This document shows, piece by piece, positions 52,320 to 64,000 of a DNA stretch of 64,000 nucleotides. The stretch spans positions 66,230,740-66,294,739 of the forward strand of contig NC_068987.1 in the NCBI RefSeq assembly GCF_001194135.2. The letters are read 5' to 3'. Numbering within the stretch: the stretch's first letter is position 1; every line of letters begins with the position of its first letter. Source of the DNA: Octopus bimaculoides. Taxonomy: Eukaryota. A program made the translations under genes and the position numbers. The notes beneath the pieces were generated by a model. The model was given only the letters and a program-made list of their open reading frames with translations. It was not told where the DNA came from and searched no databases.

Positions 52320-52772
52320 AGCTGCTGAAGTGAGGGTTGCAATGGCGGGCTGCGTGAGGGATATGTCGCCTGGATTGGATGGTCTACCCTACGAGATGTA
52401 TTGTCAAATGCCAGACCTGTTTGGCGACCTCTTGGCATCAGTCTACTACAACTGGCAACAAAACGGGAGAATTCCCGGTTTCGTGAGCCGAGATGCAGTG
52501 ACATTGCTGAAGAAAGACCCAGACAAGGGGAAGTTTATAGATAATTTCAGGCCCATCGCTCTGCTCAAGGCAGATTTGAAAATTTCGGCCAAAGTTATAG
52601 CCGAGAGGTTGGCGCTTGTCATCGATAAACTGGTCCACAAAGCGCAAACATGCTCCGTGCGGGGAAGAAGCATCCATGACAACCTCCACTCCATGCGCTA
52701 CATCATGGACAGAGAAGTTAAGGATCCTGGCATGGGTGTGGCGCTGATCAATTTGGATCAATCTAAAGCTTC
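52320..52772 (+). mobile_element. Tx1/L1-clade RT N-terminal fragment, open frame ~150 codons
   Basis: SPGLDGLPYEMY, VTLLKK, NFRPIALLKADLKISAKVIAERL, QTCSVRGRSIHDNL, ALINLDQSKA. The 5' end lies in a gap. Confidence 0.92.
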
Positions 52773-53631
52773 CGATGATGCCGATTTTAATGATTTTGAT
52801 GAGGATGCACACACACACGCACACACACACATACACACACACACTCATACACACACAAATTGAATATTCGACGTAAAATAAATTTCATTCAACTCAAACA
52901 TTCATCGCCTTCATTAGATAATGTTTGTAGCAGTGTATACGTGTGTCTGTGTACGTATATGTATCAGTGTATGCGTTTGTATGTGTGTGAATAGTGATTA
53001 ACTTTTTATATATACAAATTGATATATAATCTTTTATATTCATTGGTGAGCACGGCTAATATCTTTTCTAATGTTGCTCCTAATGCATCAACAAAACGAA
53101 TTATGTCCCCAGATTTCTCTTACTGACACATAGGCATCCAATAGTTCCTTAAACCGTATCTTAATATTAAGATAATCTTGTTAAATGAACCTATTTCTAA
53201 GATCGAATTAAGGTGCATTTCGTTGCTTCGCGTCAGTAACTGCATTAAAATATGTATAAATATTTCATTGTGCGTCACATATAATCCGGCAGATTTAAAC
53301 GGGAATATGTGAATCGCTGTTACATTTCGCCCTTGGAGATTGCCTTCGCTCTCAGTCTATAGTTTTTCACAACATATACTATTTATTAAGGCAATCAGAA
53401 TTTGAGGCCCCACATCTTTGAAATTAATGTAGTCTCTTTACTCAAATCTACCCCCAAAATTTATAATTTTTATCTGGAATGGTGTCTTTTGTTTGTATCT
53501 ATCTGGTTGTATTCATCTTGTTTGTATATATCTGGTTCAGCCCAAGTTTCCCAGAGTTTTCTGACAATGAATTGATGTAATAATTGGATTTTCTAAAACA
53601 ATCTGTTATTGGGAATTTAGTATAATACCTG

Positions 53632-53668
53632 GAACAACAACAACAACAACAACAACAGCAACAACAGC

Positions 53669-53716
<48 letters not shown>

Positions 53717-53755
53717 AATAATAATAATAATAATGATAAAAATAATAATAATAAT
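53632..53755. repeat. Compound (CAA/CAG)n(TAA)n microsatellite
   Basis: Directly visible. Confidence 0.97.
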
Positions 53756-54559
53756 TCTCTGGTCAAAACATCGTTAAATACCATGAAAATACATCTTCAA
53801 ATAAATGAAATATGAATTTTAGAAATTTAATTATATCTTTTGATTAGATTGTCTTACATTGTTGCTTCATGTAATTTCCTTAAAATCAGAGTGTTAGTAG
53901 CAAATAACAAACGAAAGAATTTTTTTTTATAGTTTATTGAACAGCGATGCAAGGTACAACATTAAAGTGAACACATATTATGAAAGAAATTGGACAAAAG
54001 AAGAACTGACATATTCATTTTTGTATACTCATTTAAAAGATGATGTTTCCTTCTACAGATCAGCTTGACGAGAAGAGTTAACTCAGATTTTATTTATTAT
54101 TACTATTTTTTGCTGAAAAACTAAAGCAGAAAGTCCAGATTTTAACTTAGAATATATTTTGGGATTTGTACTTCCATTTTATATATATTTGGAAAGAGTA
54201 CTTGACGAAGTGACCGACAATAAATTAAGGAACCGTTCTCAGAATGGCTACGAACAGCAACGCACCTATACTTGACAAATACATCACAATACTTGTAGAT
54301 CGAAATCGTTCTGTTTCCTTTACTGAAATTCTCTTCATTGTTCAGTCTTTAGTCACTTTGCTTGATGTGGGTTAAAATTTGTTCAGTTGCTATCATTTCT
54401 CCTCGGCCATATATCCATTCATATTGAAAATGGAAGTTTATCCCTGATAAATAGATTAGAAAATATAATATTATTAGAAATTATATGAATAAATACATTA
54501 GAGAACTCTCGATTTGATAATGGCAAATATGAGCTGTTGTTAATGTTATTATTCTTTGT

Positions 54560-54671
54560 AAGCCAAGTACTTTTTCTATCGGTCTCTTTTGCCGAACTGC
54601 TAAGTTACGGGAACGTAAACACACCAGCCCCGGTTGTCAAGCGATGATGGGGGGGGGACACAGACACACAA

Positions 54672-54724
<53 letters not shown>

Positions 54725-54803
54725 CATATATACGACGGGCTTCTTTCAAGCTACTTACCACACAGTAAGCAAGCTACTTACCACACAGCCACTCCTGCGC
54801 CTA
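54560..54803 (-). mobile_element. SINE family A with internal deletion and a 19-bp duplication
   Basis: Head GGCGCAGGAGTGGCTGTGTGGTAAGTAGCTTG, then AAAGAAGCCCGTCG, (TA)n(TG)n and the family A 3' body. Confidence 0.85.
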
Positions 54804-56042
54804 TGTTTGTTTATAGAAGACGGATATAATGTGCTATCCAATATTATGCATACACGTACTAGAAACAGAAGATATGCATCCAAATTTCCTATATACTGTC
54901 TGTATTTGCAGAATTTCCTTCTAGATTGTGACCGTTGGAGTATCCGTACCACCATATGGACTGTTTGACTCTATTAGCAACTGCGATAATCTCGAAGCTA
55001 TGTAGAGGGAGTGGTTGCAATATTTATTTGTCCTTACACTTCATCCTTGAGCTGATTTACACTGAATATAGGAACTTCTGTACATTTTCATAATTTTTAA
55101 TATTATGTTTTATAGGACGATTGTTAGAATACTTCACAAGCGATAAGTTGATAGACAGTCAGAGCGCCGGATAGAAACCACCTCGTTACCGTTCCTGATC
55201 CTGCGCTTTGTGTTCAAATCTTTCCGCGGTCACTTTTCTTCATAGCCTTTGGGGTGTCCATAAATAAGCTGCTACTCCAATATTAAAGTCGATAATTCTC
55301 TTTCTCTACTGTACATGCAAATCAATAATCTAGTTTTATCGCTTTATATTCTGGTGATTTCCCTGGAGAAATGTGTATTTGTGGAATACTCAGCCACTAA
55401 TATGTTAATACCAAATGTGACACTTCCGCTCGTCGAAAAATTGATTACTTATTATCAAAAGCAAACTTGACTCCACCACTCACTCAGTTCAGTCATTTCA
55501 TTCTTGAACTTCTTGGATTAAGAATTGAAATGGAAGATCTTCTCGGCTCTGATAACGGAGGCTCGTCTTATCCGATGTTAATTGTATTCATACGGTCGTA
55601 TATTGTAATAAACTAAATCTACCAACATTATTATGGCTCGCCTCCAGAAGTAGCTGATGGACTTATAACATCTCTATTCCACACCTTTAATTTTCTCTAT
55701 CGTTTGTACTCTTTGTAAGTTGGATATTTTAATATAAATATCTATACATTTATGCTATAAAATTCATATGAAAGTCTTCACCTTTTACCATCTGGTTTTG
55801 CATGTATACATATATACACATCTTGCATTTCATACACAAACTAATATATTTAATATATTTAATATATTTGATGTATCTAATTTGTTTATCCACATAATTG
55901 CTTCTATACCCGGTCAGCTTACTCCTTCATATAACCTTTCTTGTGCAATGATCCCTTGTAAAGGCGTCGGAGTCTAAATTTGAATCTTTTGAGAACTAGA
56001 ACGTGTTTTCTATACGGAAAAGTTTTGGATCTCATCTGTGAG

Positions 56043-56091
<49 letters not shown>

Positions 56092-56721
56092 CCTAAATAT
56101 CTTATTTAAAACAGATATATTTTAGATTGTCACACAACGGCGGTATTCATCACGAGAATTCATGTCGTATAGGCGTATAGTACTCAAAAGTGTAAAAGAA
56201 TGTCAGTAGCAAAGATATTCGCCGGTAGCGGCGGTGGGGTGGGGGGAGTGTGTAGAGATAATTACTCAATCATGATTTCTGAGTCCTTCCACATCGCCTA
56301 CGATTAACCACATAACTAGACAAATTTACAGACTACTTATATGGCTCAGCAATGATTAACAAACCAATCGGGTTGTAAATATTGTTAGGCTAGGAAAAAA
56401 ATCATTGTTGCAGAAAAAATTCATTGTAGCATTTTAAGTGAACCTGATGACAGGAAAATGCACAGACATGATGATTTAGTAATTCTACAACTGCTGTTAC
56501 CCAATTGTATCTGCTACAGATATTTTCAGTTTTTTACAATATGTACATGTATCTGTCTATAAACAAGGCTGCAAAACTGCGTTTTTATGTATGCATACAT
56601 ACAGACATGCCTATGACGCCTGTGTGTGTGTGTGGCATATATGTATCAAACTAGTTTCGCCAGTGTCAAAGTAGGAAGCTCTCCCTCTTTGAGTCATTCT
56701 GTTGCTCTCACTAAACACACA

Positions 56722-56779
<58 letters not shown>

Positions 56780-57696
56780 TGAAAGATAATCTTCTTAAGA
56801 AAATACGAAATTATCCAAATTTCAGTGTCGTGATTAGGGAAACCGAAACTGGTCGACATCCACTAAACTCTTTCATTTCAAATATATTGAAACTTTGTAT
56901 TTTCCTTTTTATCTTATTTCATACATATATATTTCTTTATTACAACTCATCACCTGGCAATAATTGAAGTTCTCTTCCTCCCTTTCGTTATTATATATGT
57001 ATATATATATNNNNNNNNNNNNNNNNNNNNNNNNNNNNNNNNNNNNNNNNNNNNNNNNNNNNNNNNNNNNNNNNNNNNNNNNNNNNNNNNNNNNNNNNNN
57101 NNNNNNNNNNNNNNNNNNNNNNNNNNNNNNNNNNNNNNNNNNNNNNNNNNNNNNNNNNNNNNNNNNNNNNNNNNNNNNNNNNNNNNNNNNNNNNNNNNNN
57201 NNNNNNNNNNNNNNNNNNNNNNNNNNNNNNNNNNNNNNNNNNNNNNNNNNNNNNNNNNNNNNNNNNNNNNNNNNNNNNNNNNNNNNNNNNNNNNNNNNNN
57301 NNNNNNNNNNNNNNNNNNNNNNNNNNNNNNNNNNNNNNNNNNNNNNNNNNNNNNNNNNNNNNNNNNNNNNNNNNNNNNNNNNNNNNNNNNNNNNNNNNNN
57401 NNNNNNNNNNNNNNNNNNNNNNNNNNNNNNNNNNNNNNNNNNNNNNNNNNNNNNNNNNNNNNNNNNNNNNNNNNNNNNNNNNNNNNNNTTTATCAAGAAG
57501 CAAGTGTGTAAAAAAAATCATAAGAGAAATTTCTATTCCCAAGAATATAATTATTCGTTTATATTTATATAAAGGGCATTATTACAGAAAAATAATAACG
57601 CCACACACTGGACTTCTCAAAATAACCACATTTAGTACCTAATGCGAGGAAAAAAGAACCAACAGAAGATGACCAACTTTCTTTTAAATAGACTTA

Positions 57697-57758
57697 ATTG
57701 TGTATCGACCGATTTCGCGATTACAAGAATGAATCTAGATTTCGTTCATCAGCACAAT
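57697..57758 (-). ncRNA. Candidate type I hammerhead ribozyme with a complete catalytic core
   Basis: Minus: ATTGTG-CTGATGA-ACGA(21 nt)TCGC-GAAA-TCG(GT)CGA-TA-CACAAT. Stem I 6 bp, stem III 4 bp, AUA triplet, stem II 3 bp plus an A.C mismatch. Confidence 0.65.
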
Positions 57759-57954
57759 GTTGTCCCAAAAATATATATAAATAAACAGAATTCTCACCTC
57801 ACCAAAAACGAACAACTACGTATCCGACAGAGTAAAGGGAATGAAGTTTATCTGTATATATCTTCATCAAAGAAGCGGGAAATACTTCCGGGTTGTTTTT
57901 GGGTACCCATGTGGAGACAGAAAGAAAAAATTCAACATTGAATGTATTCCGTGT

Positions 57955-58691
57955 ATCTATTTTTCTTCAAAGCTTGATTCAAACGCTCTAATTGCTGACA
58001 GTAGACTTGAGCATTGATTGTTGCATTAGGTGTTAACAATTCAAAGTGTTTGCAATCCCACCAGATAGATAGAAGAACCTTTTCTCCATGAAGTTCCCTT
58101 CTCGGTTGTGGTTGAGGTTTTCCCTTTTACCAATCCACTGTTTACGACATTTAGCATTTCCATAGAAGATCCATTTTTCGTCACCAGTCGCAAGTCTATC
58201 CAAAAAGGGTGAAATGTGTTCGTGAGAATGGATAGATGTTAACTAGGGATTTTCGCTTGCTTTCGAACAATTCATGAGGCACCCATTTTCCAAGTTTAAG
58301 AACCTTTCCAAGTTGTTGAAGATGACGATGAACAGTTGCATGGTTTGAAGTAAGCTTTAATGCCAATTCTTCAACTGATAATTCAGGATTTTCTTCAAGT
58401 AATGCCTCAAGGAGCTTATCACCAAACTCAACTGGACGTCCTGTTCGATCATCAATATGAAGGCTGAAATCTCCACTTCTAAATTTTGCAAACCATCTTC
58501 TACAAGTTCTTTCATTCAAGCATTCTTTCCCATTTCGAGTCGCTTCGGCTGCAGAGTTTCCTTTTATGTACTGATAAAGCATTATGTGCCACAAATGCTC
58601 CTTGGATACTTACATGTTAGAAAGAGTTTTAATCAAAGAAATTTTAATTCTATTATTTGGTAAAATAATATTGAATTAGTTTAAATGTACA
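57955..58691 (-). mobile_element. mariner 5' half, degenerate
   Basis: GNSAAEATR..CRRWFAKFRSGDFSL..RTGRP..LGKWVPHEL, then frameshifted LVTxDEKWIFY and INAQVYCQQLERLNQALKKK. The 5' end lies in a gap. Confidence 0.9.
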
Positions 58692-59910
58692 NNNNNNNNN
58701 NNNNNNNNNNNNNNNNNNNNNNNNNNNNNNNNNNNNNNNNNNNNNNNNNNNNNNNNNNNNNNNNNNNNNNNNNNNNNNNNNNNNNNNNNNNNNNNNNNNN
58801 NNNNNNNNNNNNNNNNNNNNNNNNNNNNNNNNNNNNNNNNNNNNNNNNNNNNNNNNNNNNNNNNNNNNNNNNNNNNNNNNNNNNNNNNNNNNNNNNNNNN
58901 NNNNNNNNNNNNNNNNNNNNNNNNNNNNNNNNNNNNNNNNNNNNNNNNNNNNNNNNNNNNNNNNNNNNNNNNNNNNNNNNNNNNNNNNNNNNNNNNNNNN
59001 NNNNNNNNNNNNNNNNNNNNNNNNNNNNNNNNNNNNNNNNNNNNNNNNNNNNNNNNNNNNNNNNNNNNNNNNNNNNNNNNNNNNNNNNNNNNNNNNNNNN
59101 NNNNNNNNNNNNNNNNNNNNNNNNNNNNNNNNNNNNNNNNNNNNNNNNNNNNNNNNNNNNNNNNNNNNNNNNNNNNNNNNNNNNNNNNNNNNNNNNNNNN
59201 NNNNNNNNNNNNNNNNNNNNNNNNNTGTGTGTGTGTGTGTGTGTGTAACATCTATATTCTTCCCTGTGCTTGTGAAAACTTGTATCCCTGCCGTAAGGCT
59301 TTACATCCACACACGCTAGATTAATTTAATTCGTCCTTAGTCGAAAGACACCTGTTGTTATGTCCTGTTATTTGTATTTGTGTAACTTTCTCCGTTGTTT
59401 TCAGTCCTTGCTTTCGTATACATTCGCTGCTTTCTTCCAAGGAATCCAACGAATCTAATGCTCTTAACTTAGTTTTCCTTCGGGCTGGCCATACTGGAGC
59501 AATCTCGAATATAATCAGCCGAAATTGCAAAGATATTCTGTAACTCGACTGGGGAAATCTAGATGTTTTGTTGTCCCTTTCTTGTATCACCTAACTGTCT
59601 GGATGTTTTCCGTTCTTGTCCCATTTTGTATATATATATATCATATTATACACNNNNNNNNNNNNNNNNNNNNNNNNNNNNNNNNNNNNNNNNNNNNNNN
59701 NNNNNNNNNNNNNNNNNNNNNNNNNNNNNNNNNNNNNNNNNNNNNNNNNNNNNNNNNNNNNNNNNNNNNNNNNNNNNNNNNNNNNNNNNNNNNNNNNNNA
59801 TATATATATATATATAAATTTTTAGTAAGAGCAATTACGACAGTTAATGTCATACGCTGGAAAGAAACACCAAATGTTTCTTAGCTACTTTATCAAATAT
59901 ACTCGTTATC

Positions 59911-59969
59911 TCATACTGATGAAAGGAAAGTGTATTACCACGCTAACCTTGAAACCGTTCGATGTATGA
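59911..59969 (+). ncRNA. Degenerate (probably dead) type I hammerhead motif
   Basis: TCATA-CTGATGA-AAGG(20 nt)CCTT-GAAA-CCG(TT)CGA-TG-TATGA. Stems I and II are perfect; the triplet AUG is non-cleavable. Confidence 0.45.
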
Positions 59970-62329
59970 CTAAACTTTTTCCAAACATTTTTTCTTTATT
60001 CCCTCGATTTCAGCCCGTGTGTATGTTAGCTAAAGTGGCTCAGGACCATTTGGCGTCTCTTTCAAGCATGTGGCATTACCTCTTCTAATTGTCCTTACTA
60101 TCAATATTTTTATTTATAGAATTATATACTTCATATTAATGTTTACCTTAATTGATTTTACACGCTGGCTACTTGATAAATCTTGTATACATTTAATCCT
60201 TATATTTAATTGATATATATATACATATACAAGTAATCGTTTTAATTGTTTTTTGATAACTTGGCTTTGCTGTTTAAACTATATTTGGTCATATCTCCAC
60301 CTATATATCAAACTATAATTACAGTTTACTTATACCTACCTCTTAATACACTCAATATTATCCTCTCTATCTTCCAGCCTTTCATTAATTTGTTTCTTTT
60401 CATTTTTCTAGCTCGTACACACCTAGCGTCTTGCTTATTTGAGAACACAGATTTTGTGGTAAGACGGTTTGCCGTCTATTTTTAGCATACAAGGGATCCA
60501 CATACTGATGTCTCGTATTGTTTATATTTAAATAGAATTCATGGTACTCGGATGTTTTTTTAAGTATGCTGACCACTGGTTGAAATTGATATTATCTAAT
60601 AATATTATTTAATAGTATTAATTTCTACTCTTATTACTTTCTTTGGTATTCTTACTATTTCTTAGTAAAATGCTATAATATTTTTTTACTTAAAAGCTCA
60701 CCTATCATTTAGTATAATATATTTATTTCATATCTTGCATAAGTCTCCTAAGACTCTAATCTCCATATTTTTTCTAGCCCCCTTATTATTTATTTGGTTG
60801 CTTTCTAGTGACTTATCTATTAACTCCCCTTAACTATTTTTTCTATTGATTTTCCATATTTTATACTTTTCTTATTTCTTAGTTGATTGTTTTAATATTT
60901 TTAGTTAAAAACCTAGTTAATTTATTATTTAGTATAGTTTTACTTCATACCCTGCACATCTCTCCTATGACTTTAATCTGTACATTATTCATCGAGCCCC
61001 TTTATCATTATTTATTTGTTCACTTTCTGTTATATATTACTCCACCTTGACTGTTTTTCTATTAATTTTCTGTGTATGATTCTTCTGTATTCCCTTCTCT
61101 CTGTTTCTACGAATTGCTATATCATGGACAATAATTGTTTACGGTTTTTCTTATATCCTAGCAAGAAAGTATATCTAACCATTAACTTATTCATTTATGA
61201 TAATAATAATTTTAATTTGCTTTAATATTGAATTGTACTATAAGAACCATATATTTTAGCTATTTTCTAATTCACCATAAAATATACGTTTATCTTTACC
61301 AGGTTTGATTTTTGTAATCTAGATTGTTCCTAGTTTTTCATTAGCGGTTCATCTCTATATTAGTTGTACTATATGAACCACTTATTGCAGCATCCAAATA
61401 TTTCTTTCGCGATAACTTAAATCCAAGAAGTTTTCAACACCCACTCGTATATGAGAGGCCGTCTTTCTACATATATATGTATATAATTGTGTATGTCACA
61501 GTATGTGTGCATAAATATATAAACATATTTTTATGTGTCCATACACGCGTGCACATCTTTATGTGAACGTTCTTATATAGGTGTTCACATATCAGAGGTT
61601 TCCCTTACATTGCCAAAGGCATTAGTCTCCTCTGGAAATAGCCGAAACTACTTGATTTCTTTCTAAATTTTATTAGTAAATAAATCTTACAGTTGGCCCC
61701 TTAATGACAATATGTTAGGGCCCACCATGACCACAGCCATCACGTCACCTATATGTATGCCTTTGTTCGTAGTACGTTTTTTTCTTTTTCTTTCTTTTCT
61801 TTTGCTTCCTTTTTCTTGCCTTTTTCTGTGATAAAGCTTTCATTGCCTTTTTAAGCACATATTTTTCTATCTATTTATTGTATATTTCTTCTTCCCCTTC
61901 GTCATATATATCTTTATCTTTCCTACTTTTCTCTAAATATCTTTTTCTTTTTTATTCCATTTCCTTCTTAGACACCTATTATGTATAGGATAAATATTTG
62001 CTTACGTTTACATCTAAAAATATCCACTGACGGGAATGCGTTACATTGTGATTTCCTTCTATAACTACTTGAAACTTAGGTATTAAATGCATTCAAAATA
62101 TGAACATCAGGTTTTGTGATTATTCCGATAGCTAAACACATACATACGTATGCACGTACGTACAGACATACATGAATAGAGACACACATGCATACACATA
62201 TACACACAGACACACACACACTATATATATATATAAATGTATATACATGTGCATATGTGTACGCGCATGCGTGTGTATGTATATATGACGCCATTAACAC
62301 GCACCCATCCATTCTATTGTTTGTGTGAG

Positions 62330-62377
<48 letters not shown>

Positions 62378-63819
62378 ATATTGTTTGTATTCTCCTTTAT
62401 GTGAACAGGCTTATCCATTGTGCCGTGTTGATTCTTAATTTTAACCAAAATATGTATTGTTGAGTTAAAAGCAGTGTGATGCGCGTATGGCTGAGTTATA
62501 TGGTTTTTGTCCATATTGTATTGTATGATCGATTCGTCCTTCAGTATTTTCTCTCTATCTCTTTTCTTCTCCCTTTTGTTTTCGTCGTTATCTCACGGTA
62601 GTCAAAGAATGAGTGACCGGAATGCAATATTTATTTGGTGATTCGACGCTAGTCAGCTTAAGTAAATTATTATCTCCAGTTTTGATAAGGTCATAGAAGA
62701 AAGTCGTAGTACTAATACTACCACTTCTATCTTCAATATGCTTTCGCTACTACCAGGACATGTTTGCTACTGGAAACTAAAGTGAGCAACATTTAACCAT
62801 TCCTTTATTAGTTTCTCAAATTAGAACTTACAAGCATGCCAAAAGTTGGTGTTATTATTCTCAAATACGTTAATAAGTTTATACTTGGAACATAAGCCAC
62901 TCGGCTAAATTTTAATATCCAGTTTGATTCGTACCACATCAGTGAATCAGTATTTTAACCTTATAGCCTCTGTATCGGCGGTCAGTTATATACATAGGAG
63001 TGTGCATGAAAAGGATAAGGTAATAAATTGAAAACAAGACAACGGTCTGGATATTTGAAAGTATCGATTCGTTTCTAATGCACAAAACAAGTCACTTAAT
63101 ATGAACTCTTAAATATTCAAACTGACGCAACATATATTCAACAATTGTGTTACGTCTACTACATATTTCAATTTGGATTGCCCATGTAAGATAAAGCTTA
63201 AGTGGGTAAGCATCTTATTTCCCTGACTCTACGCTTGTTTCTTATACTGATCTCTGAAAATATCGTGTTACAATGGCAACGAAGACAAATATAACTGATT
63301 TATGCATGAATCATTATTAAAATTTAATAGAACATCGGAAACATGAAACAGAAATAAGATATGCTTACATTGTTTTAATAGAGTAAGCGATGAATAAAAT
63401 ATCAATGTATGTTCATGCCGCTGAAGTAATAATATACTGCCATTCATTTGGGAAATATCATCTTGATGTTTCTATCTCTCCCTCTTACACTCTAACTGTC
63501 TTTGTCTCTGACTTGATCGCTCTCCGCCTTTGTGTCTCATACTCTTTAGATTATTTGCTCTCTCAAGAAGACTTAACATAAATCTCCAAGTAATGACAAT
63601 TTAGTCAACTTTAACTAGGATAATAATATTTACTCAACTATAAAATGCATCTTTGTATCCATATATACGCATATGCGTTTCGTATGTACAGAAGAGATAT
63701 TCAAAACAGTACTCATTACCAATTCTATTCTGTTGTTAAGATAGGTGGTGTTTCACAATTGGTTATTTGAATTTCACCTCCATCATCAGAGTGAATCTCT
63801 CTCGTCTACTGTCTGCCTT

Positions 63820-63920
63820 TCACACACACGCACACACACACACACACATACACACACACACACACACGCACACACACACACACGCACACACACACACACA
63901 CACATGCACACACTGCGCTG

Positions 63921-63954
<34 letters not shown>

Positions 63955-63985
63955 ATATCTATCTATCTATCTATCTATCTATCTT
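63820..63985. repeat. (CA)n followed by (TCTA)n microsatellites
   Basis: Directly visible. Confidence 0.97.
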
Positions 63986-64000
63986 GACGGACGTGCTGTC

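Overview
AT-rich eukaryotic (metazoan) DNA, most likely an octopus or other coleoid cephalopod. That call is an inference from my recollection of the SINE families, the Dong/R4, Penelope-like and Tx1 LINE mix, and the dense (TA)n/(CA)n tracts. About 7.2 kb (~11%) is N, in 18 gaps that mostly abut (TA)n or (CA)n tracts. I find no supportable host gene, tRNA, rRNA, CRISPR or prokaryotic feature. Most ORF-track entries are microsatellite or N-run artefacts. The window is mostly decayed transposons: two Helitron pieces, five Tc1/mariner pieces (one full-length mariner, one with DD36E spacing), about seven Dong/R4 fragments, two Tx1/L1 fragments, one RTE 3' end with three C2H2-like fingers, Penelope-like pieces, a dozen SINE copies, and two inverted-repeat elements. 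The best leads are (i) four type I hammerhead-like motifs, the best at 57697-57758 on the minus strand; (ii) the triple zinc-finger RTE tail; (iii) a perfect 59-bp inverted repeat; (iv) Dong/R4 3' ends abutting (TAA)n-derived compound microsatellites; (v) the DD36E Tc1 element. All alignments were done by eye, so boundaries are approximate. I cannot support a wholly new biological system here.
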